A DNA stretch of 36,648 nucleotides. Origin: Acidimicrobiia bacterium (GTDB lineage: Bacteria; Actinomycetota; Acidimicrobiia; Spongiisociales; JAHEDJ01). The translations under genes and the position numbers were made by a program. The stretch is from the NCBI GenBank assembly GCA_029210695.1, contig JARGFH010000038.1:1-36648 (forward strand). The letters are read 5' to 3'. The notes beneath the pieces were generated by a model, which did no database searches, was not told where the DNA came from, and was given only the letters and a program-made list of their open reading frames with translations. This document shows, in pieces, positions 8,484 through 17,489 of the stretch (position 1 is its first letter; every line of letters begins with the position of its first letter).

Positions 8484-10235
8484 ATGAGTCGCCGCCTGCG
8501 CTATGAGCAGGCCATTGCGGCGTGCGCCCATTCACTCCTGACCACCGATGAGTCATCCGCACTCGAGGTGGCGGCGCGGGCGTTGCTGTCTGCGACCGAA
8601 GCCCAGTATCTGTTCATCGATCGCAACGTAGAGGACGCTGAAATCGGTTTTGCCGCCGAGAACGTCATCACCGTCTCTGCCGATGGGCGCGATGGTGTCG
8701 GTCTGGACGGCTGGAAGATGGTCTCGTGGTCGACCATGCCGGCCGCCCGTGAGGCGTTGTCGGCGGGCGAACCGTTCATGTACAGGGTCGAAGCTCTCGC
8801 CGGGAGCGAGCGCGATCAACACTTCGACGGATTCACCGACGAAGTCCTGAAGATCCCGATTCTGATCGCCGGCGAGTGGGTAGGTCACATGGGGATCGCC
8901 GCCGCTCGCGGCCTGTCGTGGAGCGATGACGAAGTCGCCCTGCTCGGCGCGGCCACGCAGATGGTTGGTGCCTTCTGGGAGCGTCACACGACCAGATATC
9001 AGCTGGAAGCGGCTCTCGCTGCATCGGACCGTCAGCTCAGATATCAGCGTGCGCTCGCCATTTGTGCGCGAGAGTTGTTGCTCGGTCCGGATGAGTCGGC
9101 ACTCGAGCGGGCCGTTGAAGCGATGCGGGACGCTTCCGGTTCTTCGTTCGGGTTTGTTGATGTCGTCGAGAACGATCCGACAACCGGCCCGACCCTCGTC
9201 AAGTTGCTGACCTCTGTTGCGCCCGGGGTCGAAGTAACTGCGGACGATTATGAGTACTGGAAGCGAGTACCGCTTGCCCGGATCCCATCCGCCTGGGCTC
9301 GACTCCGGGACGGGTGCCCTTATAGCCATGGTCTGGGTTCGATCAACGAGGCGGATCGAGCCTGGTACGAGAATGCACCCACTCCTCGGATCTCGGATCT
9401 CAAGCTGCCGATCAGTGTCGACGGGGCTCTGGCCGGAGTCATCGGGTTCTCCCACGCGGCAAGCCACCAGGAGTGGGGCGAGGATGAATTGGAGCTTCTC
9501 CAGGCCGGTGCGCGGATGATCGCCGCTCACTGGGAACGTGAGGCCGCCCACGCTCGATTGACCGAGCTCGTGGCCTCCAAGGACGAGTTCGTGGCGGGCG
9601 TTAGTCACGAACTGAGGACGCCGTTGACTGCCGTCGTCGGTCTCGCGCAGGAGCTCAGGGACCACCTCACGTCATTCACGAACGACGAGATCGCCGAATT
9701 CGTTGCGCTCATTGCCCAGCAGGGAACCGATGTTGCGCACATCGTCGAGGACCTCCTGGTGGCCGCCCGCGCCGATATCGACGGAGTGACGGTGGTCCCG
9801 CAGCCGGTGCAACTGGTCGATGAGCTGGCCGCCATCCTGGTCGGCCTCTCCGAACTCAAGGCATCACGGGTGGGCGTCACCGGTAACACCGTGAAGGTGG
9901 ACGCCGACCCGGCCCGGTTCCGCCAGGTCGTTCGCAATCTGGTCACCAACGCGCTTCGGTACGGCGGGCCACACATCGAGGTCGTGCTCTCCAAATCTGA
10001 CGCGCATGGGATCCTCGAAGTTCGCGACGACGGTCCGGGCATTCCCGAGGAGCACCGGACGGCGGTCTTCGATGCCTATCACCGTGCGCACGATCCGAAA
10101 GGACAACCGGCTTCGGTTGGGCTAGGGCTCACGGTGAGCCGTCACCTCGCCCGTCTCATGGGTGGTGAGCTCGACTACCGCTTCGAAGACGGGTGGAGTG
10201 TCTTCTCGCTCAGGCTTCCGCGTTCTGTGGAGTGA
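8484..10235 (+). CDS. Cytoplasmic sensor histidine kinase with two GAF domains
   Basis: H-box VSHELRTPLT, N-box NLVTNALRY, DDGPGIP and GLGL; two similar N-terminal GAF-like modules. The start may instead be 8448. Confidence 0.9.
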   Translation: MSRRLRYEQAIAACAHSLLTTDESSALEVAARALLSATEAQYLFIDRNVEDAEIGFAAENVITVSADGRDGVGLDGWKMVSWSTMPAAREALSAGEPFMYRVEALAGSERDQHFDGFTDEVLKIPILIAGEWVGHMGIAAARGLSWSDDEVALLGAATQMVGAFWERHTTRYQLEAALAASDRQLRYQRALAICARELLLGPDESALERAVEAMRDASGSSFGFVDVVENDPTTGPTLVKLLTSVAPGVEVTADDYEYWKRVPLARIPSAWARLRDGCPYSHGLGSINEADRAWYENAPTPRISDLKLPISVDGALAGVIGFSHAASHQEWGEDELELLQAGARMIAAHWEREAAHARLTELVASKDEFVAGVSHELRTPLTAVVGLAQELRDHLTSFTNDEIAEFVALIAQQGTDVAHIVEDLLVAARADIDGVTVVPQPVQLVDELAAILVGLSELKASRVGVTGNTVKVDADPARFRQVVRNLVTNALRYGGPHIEVVLSKSDAHGILEVRDDGPGIPEEHRTAVFDAYHRAHDPKGQPASVGLGLTVSRHLARLMGGELDYRFEDGWSVFSLRLPRSVE

Positions 10236-10285
10236 TCCGTCGCGGTTTTGTGCCCGCCTCGCCGTGGAAGACCAGGAGGACTGGC

Positions 10286-10315
10286 GAGCCCCGGGTGCGA
10301 GAACACCCGGGGCTC
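10286..10315. terminator. Hairpin between convergent genes
   Basis: GAGCCCCGGGTG-CGAGAA-CACCCGGGGCTC, perfect 12-bp stem. Confidence 0.7.
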
Positions 10316-10335
10316 CTGGTTGGGTTGGGCAGCGC

Positions 10336-10938
10336 TCAGGCGCTTGTATCGGCAGCGTCATCGGGTTGTGGACCGAAGTGCCCGCCGCCCCTCGGGCCGA
10401 AGCCTCGGCGACCCTCGAAGCCGTCCGGCAGCTCACCGTTCACCATATCGGTGATGCGTTCGGTGATCTCCACGACTTTCTCGTCGGCTTCCTGCTGGGT
10501 GATCCGCTCGTCGGCGACGGCTTGATTCAGGCGGTCTGTAGCCTCTGCGACGAGGGCGTCGATCACGGCCCCGGTCTTCTCCGCACCGGCTAGGTCGGCG
10601 ATCGACTGCCCGTCACGAAGCGCTTCCGCCAGGTCTGCTACGTCGATCTCGAGGAGGCCGGCCACCGTCTCGAGATGTCCGCCGCCGCCACGGTGGTGGC
10701 CGAAGCGATTCAGCGGCCCGCGCTCCCGGATTCGATCAGCCACCACGTCGGCTTGTTCCTGGGTGATGACTCCTTCACCGACGAGTTCACCGAGCACATC
10801 TTCGAGCGTCCCGGCGGTTTCTTCGACGGCCTCGTCCTCCTGTGCCACAGCAGTGGTCGGAGCGAGTACGGCCGCGCCGGCTGATATGCCGATTGCGGCG
10901 ACTGCGCCTACCACCAGGGTTGCGAGAGTCTTTCGCAT
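10336..10938 (-). CDS. Secreted hypothetical protein with repeated xGxITQEQAD helical motifs
   Basis: GAAAGGAG RBS; signal peptide ending AVA-Q; EGVITQEQAD and DERITQQEAD repeats; Gly/Arg-rich linkers. Confidence 0.75.
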   Translation of the reverse strand: MRKTLATLVVGAVAAIGISAGAAVLAPTTAVAQEDEAVEETAGTLEDVLGELVGEGVITQEQADVVADRIRERGPLNRFGHHRGGGGHLETVAGLLEIDVADLAEALRDGQSIADLAGAEKTGAVIDALVAEATDRLNQAVADERITQQEADEKVVEITERITDMVNGELPDGFEGRRGFGPRGGGHFGPQPDDAADTSA

Positions 10939-11029
10939 GTTGGGTCTCCTTTCAAGAGCCTCTACCGACATGATCGAAGGCACTCGTTAGGAAACGGTGA
11001 AGTGGACTGAAGAAGCACCTGAGAAAGAC

Positions 11030-11557
11030 TCAGCCGGAGTCAGGAGCCATGTTGCCGAGATCCCACTCGCCGTCTGTGAAGAGGCGGGGCGTCAACATCC
11101 AGGCGAGTTCCCCACGCCCTGGTTCGGCAAGTTCCCAGGATGGAAGGTCGATGGCGACGGCGGATCCGGTCGTGACCCTGACTCGACCACCACCGATCAG
11201 CACGCCCGCCGTGGTCGACCAGGTTGGTTCGTGTCCCACGAGCATGAGACGAGCAACATCGTCGGCCGTGTCGGTGACGATGCTCAAGACCGATCCGGCG
11301 GATGTCCCGTACAGCTCGTCGGTGATCCGGATTTCGCAGTTCCATCCACCCGTATCTGCCGCCAGGAAGGCGGTCGACTGGGCCCTGAGGGCAGATGACG
11401 AAACCACCAGATCCGGAGTCTGATCCGAACGAGCCAGTGCAACCCCGATTGCTCTGGCGGCAGCCATCCCGCGCTCGTTCAAGGGCCGCGAATGGTCGGA
11501 ACCGAACTCGGCATTCCAGTCGGATTTGGCGTGGCGGAGCAGAATCAGGCGCTTCAC
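11030..11557 (-). CDS. sixA: Phosphohistidine phosphatase SixA family
   Basis: [23 protein letters not shown] and LVGHEP motifs. Confidence 0.88.
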   Translation of the reverse strand: MKRLILLRHAKSDWNAEFGSDHSRPLNERGMAAARAIGVALARSDQTPDLVVSSSALRAQSTAFLAADTGGWNCEIRITDELYGTSAGSVLSIVTDTADDVARLMLVGHEPTWSTTAGVLIGGGRVRVTTGSAVAIDLPSWELAEPGRGELAWMLTPRLFTDGEWDLGNMAPDSG

Positions 11558-11822
11558 AGTCTCGAAGCTAGTTGTCGGTTGCGCGGGTCGGGGAGCAGAA
11601 GCCGGTTCCTATCGATCGCATCCAGTCTGGACGCCGGATTCGGCCGGTGAAGCGAGCGATGGCCTGCGCGCCGGGGCAGATCGCCCACCGAAGGCCGAGC
11701 CGGTAGCGATCGAGAGGCTGTGGCACGTCGCCCGTGGATTGCCGCCCCGTTGTTTTGACCACACCGCAACGATGAATAGCTCACCTGACGGGCTACCGTC
11801 GAACCGACGACGAGGAGATCCT

Positions 11823-12467
11823 ATGGCCTGGTACCGCCGCCCAGAGAAGGAAAGCACCGACAAACCCTTGCCGGGACGCGCCGAACCGATCCGCGTCCCC
11901 GCAACGCACTTCGTGAACGGCAATCGCATTGTTCCACCGTTTCCAGACGGCCTGGAGACGGCCGTGTTCGGGATGGGCTGTTTCTGGGGCGCCGAGCGCG
12001 TGTTCTGGCAGATGGAAGGGGTTTACTCGACCGCGGTCGGATATGCCGGTGGGTCCACGCCGAATCCGACCTACGAGGAAACGTGTACCGGACGGACCGG
12101 CCATACCGAGGTGGTTTTGGTGGTGTTTGATCCGGCCGTGGTCGGCTACGACCGGTTGCTCGGCGCTTTCTGGGAGGGCCACAATCCCACCCAGGGAATG
12201 AGGCAGGGCAACGACGTGGGTACGCAATATCGTTCGGCGATCTACGCCAGCACAGATCGACAGCTCGACGCCGCCGAGCGGTCGCGTGATCTCTTTCAGA
12301 CCGAACTGGCTTCACACGGCTACGGAGAGATCACCACGGAGATCGCTCCCGCCGGCGAGTTCTACTACGCGGAGGACTACCACCAGCAGTATCTGGGCAA
12401 GAACCCCAACGGGTATTGCGGCCTGGGCGGGACCGGAGTGTCCTGTCCGACCGGCTTGAGCGCCTAA
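11823..12467 (+). CDS. msrA: Peptide-methionine (S)-S-oxide reductase MsrA
   Basis: [26 protein letters not shown] and AEDYHQQYL motifs; C-terminal [21 protein letters not shown]. Confidence 0.97.
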   Translation: MAWYRRPEKESTDKPLPGRAEPIRVPATHFVNGNRIVPPFPDGLETAVFGMGCFWGAERVFWQMEGVYSTAVGYAGGSTPNPTYEETCTGRTGHTEVVLVVFDPAVVGYDRLLGAFWEGHNPTQGMRQGNDVGTQYRSAIYASTDRQLDAAERSRDLFQTELASHGYGEITTEIAPAGEFYYAEDYHQQYLGKNPNGYCGLGGTGVSCPTGLSA

Positions 12468-12482
12468 CCCGACCTGTTCCTG

Positions 12483-12534
12483 TTTTCTGCGCAATGCAAT
12501 GGTGTGTTTTCCGTACGCAGCATTGCGGAGAAAA
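12483..12534. repeat. REP-like ~50-bp palindrome, copy 1
   Basis: TTTTCTGCGCAATGC-AATGGTGTGTTTTCCGTACGCA-GCATTGCGGAGAAAA, between convergent msrA and S41 genes. Confidence 0.9.
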
Positions 12535-12543
12535 TGGTGGGGG

Positions 12544-13971
12544 TCAGCGCCCGAGGAGTTGCAGCGCCGCGTCGATCCACGGGTCGACTTCAGCGTCCGG
12601 GTCGATCTCGATGACGACGTCGGGCCGAACGCCGTCTCCCAGATCCACCCCGCCCGGCGTCAGCCATCGAGCGATGGTGAGCTTGATAGCGCCGCCATTG
12701 CCCAGATTGAATTGCTGCTGCACGGTGTTCTTCCCGAAGGTGACCTCACCGATGATCGTCGCCCGACCGGCTTCCTGTAGTGCGCCGGCTACGACCTCTG
12801 AAGCCGACGCGCTCGCCCGGTCGACCAGCACCATCAGCTTGACGTCATCGCTGGTGGCCAGGCCGCCGTTCTGAACCCGGTATTCGAGCGTGTCGTCCGG
12901 TGCCTCGGTTTTCACCACTAGACCATCATCCAGGAATTCACTTGCGATGTTGACCGCTGCGTCCAGGGATCCGCCCGGGTTGCTGCGCAGATCGAAGATG
13001 ATTTCGGTCACTCCACCGGAGAGCAACTCGTCCAGCGCTTCATGGATCGCCTCGTCCGCGTTGCTGGCGAAGCTGACGAGCCGGAGATACCCGACTCCCG
13101 ACTCGAGCACCTCGGACTCGACGTTGGGTACGGAGATCGCCGCCCTCGTCACCGTGAACTCGAGGAGTACCCCCTCGCGTTCGATGCCGAGCGTTACGTC
13201 CGTTCCCGAGGGGCCCCGCACGATGGCCACGATCTCGTCGAGAAGCTTGCCTTCGACGTCTTTCCCATCAACGGACACTACGTAGTCGCCGGCTTGAAGT
13301 CCGGCCGCTTCCGCCGGACTTCCCTCCAGTGGCTGAACGATGACCATGTGACACGTCTCCGAGAGCAGCGAACAGACGTCATCTTCCGGATCCGTCGGGT
13401 CTTCACCACGCACCAATGCACCGATGCCTTCGACGCTTCCGGAGGTGTCGATTCTGAAGTTCTCGAGCGCGGTGGGATCGAGGTAGACGCTGTAGGGGTC
13501 GTCGAGGCCGACATTGACCATGCCGGTCAGGGCAGCTTCGACTGCTTCTCCGAGGCTGGCGTCCTTCTCGTCGATGGCCGCCACGAGCGCATCGCAGAAC
13601 GATGAGAAGGCGTCGCTCGGCTCAGAACAGGTGACCTCATCGGGGGCGCCGCTCCCACGTTCGATCTCCCATGCGGTCAATCCCTCGAGGGCTCCTGCTG
13701 CCAGAGCGGCGTCGCCGATATCGTCAACGTAGTGGCCTCGAATCAGGCTGTAGGCGTCACAGAAGGACTCGAAGTCGGTGGTCGGGTCGTCGCAGTCGGT
13801 GACGAGCAGGGTCGTGCCCAGCGCGGAGGTGGACACAGTGTCGCCTGAGGTGGTGGTCGGCTGTTTGTTGGAGGTCGACGTGGATTGGTCTGGTGTTGTC
13901 GTGGAGTCGGCAGATGAGCAAGCCGCAACGACAACCAACATCGCAACTAGAAGAGAGGTTCGAGAACGCAT
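12544..13971 (-). CDS. S41 family C-terminal processing peptidase (CtpA/Prc-like) lipoprotein with PDZ domain
   Basis: Lipobox VAAC; LDDPYS, EGIGA, GSPAEAAGL, DLRSNPGG, catalytic SASASE, TFGK and KLTIARWLTP motifs. Confidence 0.93.
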   Translation of the reverse strand: MRSRTSLLVAMLVVVAACSSADSTTTPDQSTSTSNKQPTTTSGDTVSTSALGTTLLVTDCDDPTTDFESFCDAYSLIRGHYVDDIGDAALAAGALEGLTAWEIERGSGAPDEVTCSEPSDAFSSFCDALVAAIDEKDASLGEAVEAALTGMVNVGLDDPYSVYLDPTALENFRIDTSGSVEGIGALVRGEDPTDPEDDVCSLLSETCHMVIVQPLEGSPAEAAGLQAGDYVVSVDGKDVEGKLLDEIVAIVRGPSGTDVTLGIEREGVLLEFTVTRAAISVPNVESEVLESGVGYLRLVSFASNADEAIHEALDELLSGGVTEIIFDLRSNPGGSLDAAVNIASEFLDDGLVVKTEAPDDTLEYRVQNGGLATSDDVKLMVLVDRASASASEVVAGALQEAGRATIIGEVTFGKNTVQQQFNLGNGGAIKLTIARWLTPGGVDLGDGVRPDVVIEIDPDAEVDPWIDAALQLLGR

Positions 13972-14086
13972 TGTCGCTATTCAACCCGACCGGGGTGACT
14001 ATGCGCCAAACGGGAGATGAAGATGGCGTGAGAATCCATGCGGAGCGTTCCTCTGCGCAGGGCCGCGGGTTGGTCGCCACCGAGGA

Positions 14087-14890
14087 TCAGGGCTGCCGTT
14101 GTGAGGCTCCGCGCCAACCCTCGGCGGCTTCGTCGACGACGGTGTCGAATCGAAGGCCCATGAGAATCACGCCGGCTGCTCCTGCATCACGCGCCCGGGC
14201 GGCAGTCGATGCGGCTGCATCCCATCCAAAGGCCCTCCGGTCCGCGTCCGGCCGCGCAGCAAGCTCCGCCTTGAGGCCATCTCCGGCCGGGACAGCTCCG
14301 ACGGCCTCCATGCGGTGGACCCAGTCGAGAGTGAATGGAGGGATCACCATAACGTAGACCGGTGGGTCGTCGTCGCGGATCTTCAACTTGTCGATCTGCC
14401 GCCCGGCGGTGGCCGGATCGAGCAGCGGGCCGGCCACGAAGAACTGCCCGCCTGCCTCGATCCGGCGGCGGAACTGCCACGCCTGGAAGCGGGTCGGCAT
14501 GCCGACCTCGAACTGCGGCGTCCGGTTCTGGAGATCGCGCAGGTGTTCGACGACCTCATAGTGATCGGCGTAGTGGTCGATCTGGGGGACCGTGTCGCCG
14601 ATGACTACCAGAAACGAATCCACTCCGTTGCCCAGCGCACCTCGCACCTCGCTCTCGATGGCGAGGATGTTGCGGTCCCGGGTGGAAACCACCACGGTGG
14701 GATGGACCGACGGCACGTCGTGGGTTATCCGGGCCGAGTATGCGTAGGGCGACACCCTGATCTTTCCAAACACGTTGTCTGTAACGAGCACGTGCGACCA
14801 CGCCCCCTCGAGAAGAAGGTGCGACATATCCGGGAGATCGGGAGGGTTGACCTCGACGATCTCGGTCCAGTCACGGTTTGCGCTGAGCAT
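14087..14890 (-). CDS. Methylenetetrahydrofolate reductase (MetF)-like protein
   Basis: EVNPP, VTDN and STRDRNILAIESEVRGALGNGVDSFLVVIGD resemble the MTHFR pattern; divergent from metZ; CAGGA RBS before ATG 14890. Confidence 0.75.
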   Translation of the reverse strand: MLSANRDWTEIVEVNPPDLPDMSHLLLEGAWSHVLVTDNVFGKIRVSPYAYSARITHDVPSVHPTVVVSTRDRNILAIESEVRGALGNGVDSFLVVIGDTVPQIDHYADHYEVVEHLRDLQNRTPQFEVGMPTRFQAWQFRRRIEAGGQFFVAGPLLDPATAGRQIDKLKIRDDDPPVYVMVIPPFTLDWVHRMEAVGAVPAGDGLKAELAARPDADRRAFGWDAAASTAARARDAGAAGVILMGLRFDTVVDEAAEGWRGASQRQP

Positions 14891-14973
14891 GCGGTCCTGC
14901 TGATCGACGGTCGTGAGACCGAACACTACGACGGCGGCCATCCGGCGGCAATGTTCGAGTACGGTACTTCGTC

Positions 14974-16179
14974 ATGGATCGATGGCGACCGAGGACCAGC
15001 CAGGTGCGCGGAGGACACGAGCGCACTGCATTCGGCGAGACGGCCGAGGGCATTTTTATGACGTCCGGCTACGTGTACGAGACCGCTGAGGAAGCGGCAG
15101 CCGTTTTTCGCGGCGATGCCGACGGATACATCTATACCCGCTACGGCAACCCCACCGTCGCCATCTTTGAAGAACGTCTCCGACTCCTGGACGGGGCCGA
15201 AGCATGCAGGGCGACGGCGAGCGGGATGGCCGCCGTCTTTGCCGCCCTCGCTTGCGATCTCAACACAGGTGACCGCGTTGTGGCGTCCCGCGCTCTCTTC
15301 GGTTCCACCGTCGCAGTTCTCGGCCCGTTGCTCGGGCGGTGGGGTATCGATTCCGTTTTCATCGACGGCCGGGACCTCGACGCCTGGGACGAGGCACTGG
15401 CCGTGCCCCCCAAGGTGGTGTTCTTGGAGACGCCCTCCAATCCGATGCTCGAACTCGTGGATATCGCGGCGGTGGCAGAACGTTCCCATGCAGTCGGTGC
15501 CCGGGTAATCGTCGACAACGTGTTCGCGACTCCCGTTCTGCAACGCCCTATCGAATTGGGTGCGGATGTCGTCGTTTACTCGACAACGAAGCACCTCGAC
15601 GGTCAGGGTCGAACCCTGGGCGGGGCGGTTCTCGGCCCATCGGATTTCATCGACGGTCCGCTCAAGGAGTTCCAGCGCCACACCGGACCCTCGATGAGTC
15701 CGTTCAACGCCTGGGTCGTTGCCAAGAGCCTCGAGACGCTCGATCTGCGTGTCAGGGAGCAGTCGCGCAACGCGGAAACCCTGGCCGGGTACCTGAGCGA
15801 GATGCCGGGAGTCGCCCGGGTGCTCTATCCAACCGCCGACTCGCACCCTCAGGCCGAGCTGGCGAGCAGGCAAATGGAAGCGGGGGGATCCATGGTCTCC
15901 GTTGAGATTGCGGGTGGTCGGGAGGCGGCGTTCCAGTTCATGAACCGGCTCCATCTGTTCGATATCTCGAACAATCTGGGCGATGCCAAGAGCCTTGTGA
16001 CTCACCCGGCGACCACTACTCACTCGAAGCTCACACCTGAGCAGCGAACGGCGATGGGGATCACCGACTCCCTGGTCCGCCTGTCGGTGGGCCTCGAGGA
16101 TGTGCGCGATCTGCAAGACGATCTCGGTATGGCACTGACCGGCCAAATCGGTCACCCAAGTACCTCGCTCGGCGGGTAG
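14974..16179 (+). CDS. metZ: O-succinylhomoserine sulfhydrylase (Cys/Met PLP family)
   Basis: ETAEGIFMTSGYVY, YTRYGNPT, ETPSNP, VDNVFATP, PLP lysine in STTKHLDGQGR, ISNNLGDAKSL. Confidence 0.92.
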   Translation: MDRWRPRTSQVRGGHERTAFGETAEGIFMTSGYVYETAEEAAAVFRGDADGYIYTRYGNPTVAIFEERLRLLDGAEACRATASGMAAVFAALACDLNTGDRVVASRALFGSTVAVLGPLLGRWGIDSVFIDGRDLDAWDEALAVPPKVVFLETPSNPMLELVDIAAVAERSHAVGARVIVDNVFATPVLQRPIELGADVVVYSTTKHLDGQGRTLGGAVLGPSDFIDGPLKEFQRHTGPSMSPFNAWVVAKSLETLDLRVREQSRNAETLAGYLSEMPGVARVLYPTADSHPQAELASRQMEAGGSMVSVEIAGGREAAFQFMNRLHLFDISNNLGDAKSLVTHPATTTHSKLTPEQRTAMGITDSLVRLSVGLEDVRDLQDDLGMALTGQIGHPSTSLGG

Positions 16180-16296
16180 CCTGAAATCGAGGTGACGTTT
16201 TCTCACACACCTCTGTTGTCCGGCTCTCCGGGTTCCGCGTCTACGCACCAATCTGTGTTGCCCCGGCGCGCCCCCGGACCAACCCAAGGGAGGCTC

Positions 16297-17406
16297 ATGC
16301 ATCTCGATCGCCTCGCTCGTTTCGAGAGCGCCGACTATCCGGTGCTCTCCGTTTATGTGAATCGAGACGCCCTCAACCCGGCGGTGCGTCCCCGAATCGG
16401 CGACCTCTTGAAGCCGTTTCGCGAGTTCGGCGACCTCGACCACGATGCTCAGATGTCGCTGCGAGCCGATCTCGAGACGGTAATGAGTATGTGTGATCGG
16501 ATCGACGTCGACCGGGCACCGGCCACTGCCTTGTTCGCATGTCAGGGTGGCGGACTCCTCGAGTACCTCCCTCTTCCGGCCCCGGTGTGGGACGTTGCAA
16601 TGGTCTCGGATCGACCGTATCTGCGTCCGCTCAGGAGCGTCCGCGCGAGCGAGTTGGTGGCGGTGGCAGTGGTCGATCGCAAACATGCCCGGCTTTACAG
16701 CTGGGATGGCGCGGGAGTCCGACTCCTTGAGCTCGTGGAAGAGCTGGAGGAACACAAGGGCAATTTCGGCGGGTTCTCGGGATACGATGAGCGCCGGGCC
16801 AGGAGTCATGCTGAGACACTCGAACGCCGGCACTTCCGGCAGGTGGCCGACCGGCTCTTCGAACACCATCGGGCAACTCCGTTCGGCAAGGTCATAGTCG
16901 GTGGCCACGAGGAAACCATCACCAGGTTCGGATCATCCCTTCACCCGTACCTGCGCGATCGATTGATCGGCTCATTCGTCATCGATCCGCACACCATGAC
17001 GGATAGCGACGTCGCCAAGCGAGTTGATGGTTTGCTCGAGACGGCAGTGCGCGAGGAACAAGAAGAGCTGGCCACCAGGGTGGCCGAATCGGCCGAGGAG
17101 GGGGGCAGAGCTGCGCTTGGGCTCGCCAATGTGCTCGAGGCGGTGAACGCGGGCGCCGTCGACCATCTCGTCGTCGCCGGCCGCTTCACCAAAGACGGTG
17201 TGGTGTGCACTACTTGCGGAAGACTCGATCGCCTTGGAGAAGCGTGCGTCGGATGCGGTTTGCTCGTTTCGCCAACTGATGACGTGGTCGGTGCGGCCAT
17301 GGAGCAGGTGCTCCGGATGGGCGGTCGTGTTGATCAGATTACCGTTCCGAGCTTGCTCGATCAGCATGGAGTGGGAGCCCTCCTGCGGTTCGCAATACAC
17401 GGGTGA
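16297..17406 (+). CDS. Bacterial eRF1/Pelota-superfamily (baeRF) protein with C-terminal zinc ribbon
   Basis: VLSVYVN N-terminus, PYLRPL, VAVVDRKHARL, loop HKGNFGGFSG, AALGLANVLEAVNAGAVDHLVV, CTTC..CVGC and terminal GVGALLRF; GGGAGG RBS. Confidence 0.85.
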   Translation: MHLDRLARFESADYPVLSVYVNRDALNPAVRPRIGDLLKPFREFGDLDHDAQMSLRADLETVMSMCDRIDVDRAPATALFACQGGGLLEYLPLPAPVWDVAMVSDRPYLRPLRSVRASELVAVAVVDRKHARLYSWDGAGVRLLELVEELEEHKGNFGGFSGYDERRARSHAETLERRHFRQVADRLFEHHRATPFGKVIVGGHEETITRFGSSLHPYLRDRLIGSFVIDPHTMTDSDVAKRVDGLLETAVREEQEELATRVAESAEEGGRAALGLANVLEAVNAGAVDHLVVAGRFTKDGVVCTTCGRLDRLGEACVGCGLLVSPTDDVVGAAMEQVLRMGGRVDQITVPSLLDQHGVGALLRFAIHG

Positions 17407-17489
17407 GCGGCTCTGGCTTCCTACCCGGTGGCCCGACGGTCTAATCGGAGCAACGGAAAGGCGGGCGCCGACGCCCGGCCGGGTTTGCC

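Noticed and set aside
11770..11805. SigH/SigR-type promoter upstream of msrA
   Set aside because: Only a partial match (TGAATA...CGTC versus GGAAT-N18-GTT); too weak to call.
12462..12545. Integron attC site (GCCTAAC at the msrA stop followed by a palindrome)
   Set aside because: There is no matching GTTRRRY box closing the palindrome, the other two copies lack the core sites, the flanking genes are housekeeping and no integrase is present.
14926..16908. 660-aa minus-strand ORF, and similar long antisense ORFs at 2761-4068, 19470-21056 and 33655-34857
   Set aside because: These are shadow ORFs opposite well-supported genes, expected in high-GC DNA, with no recognisable motifs.
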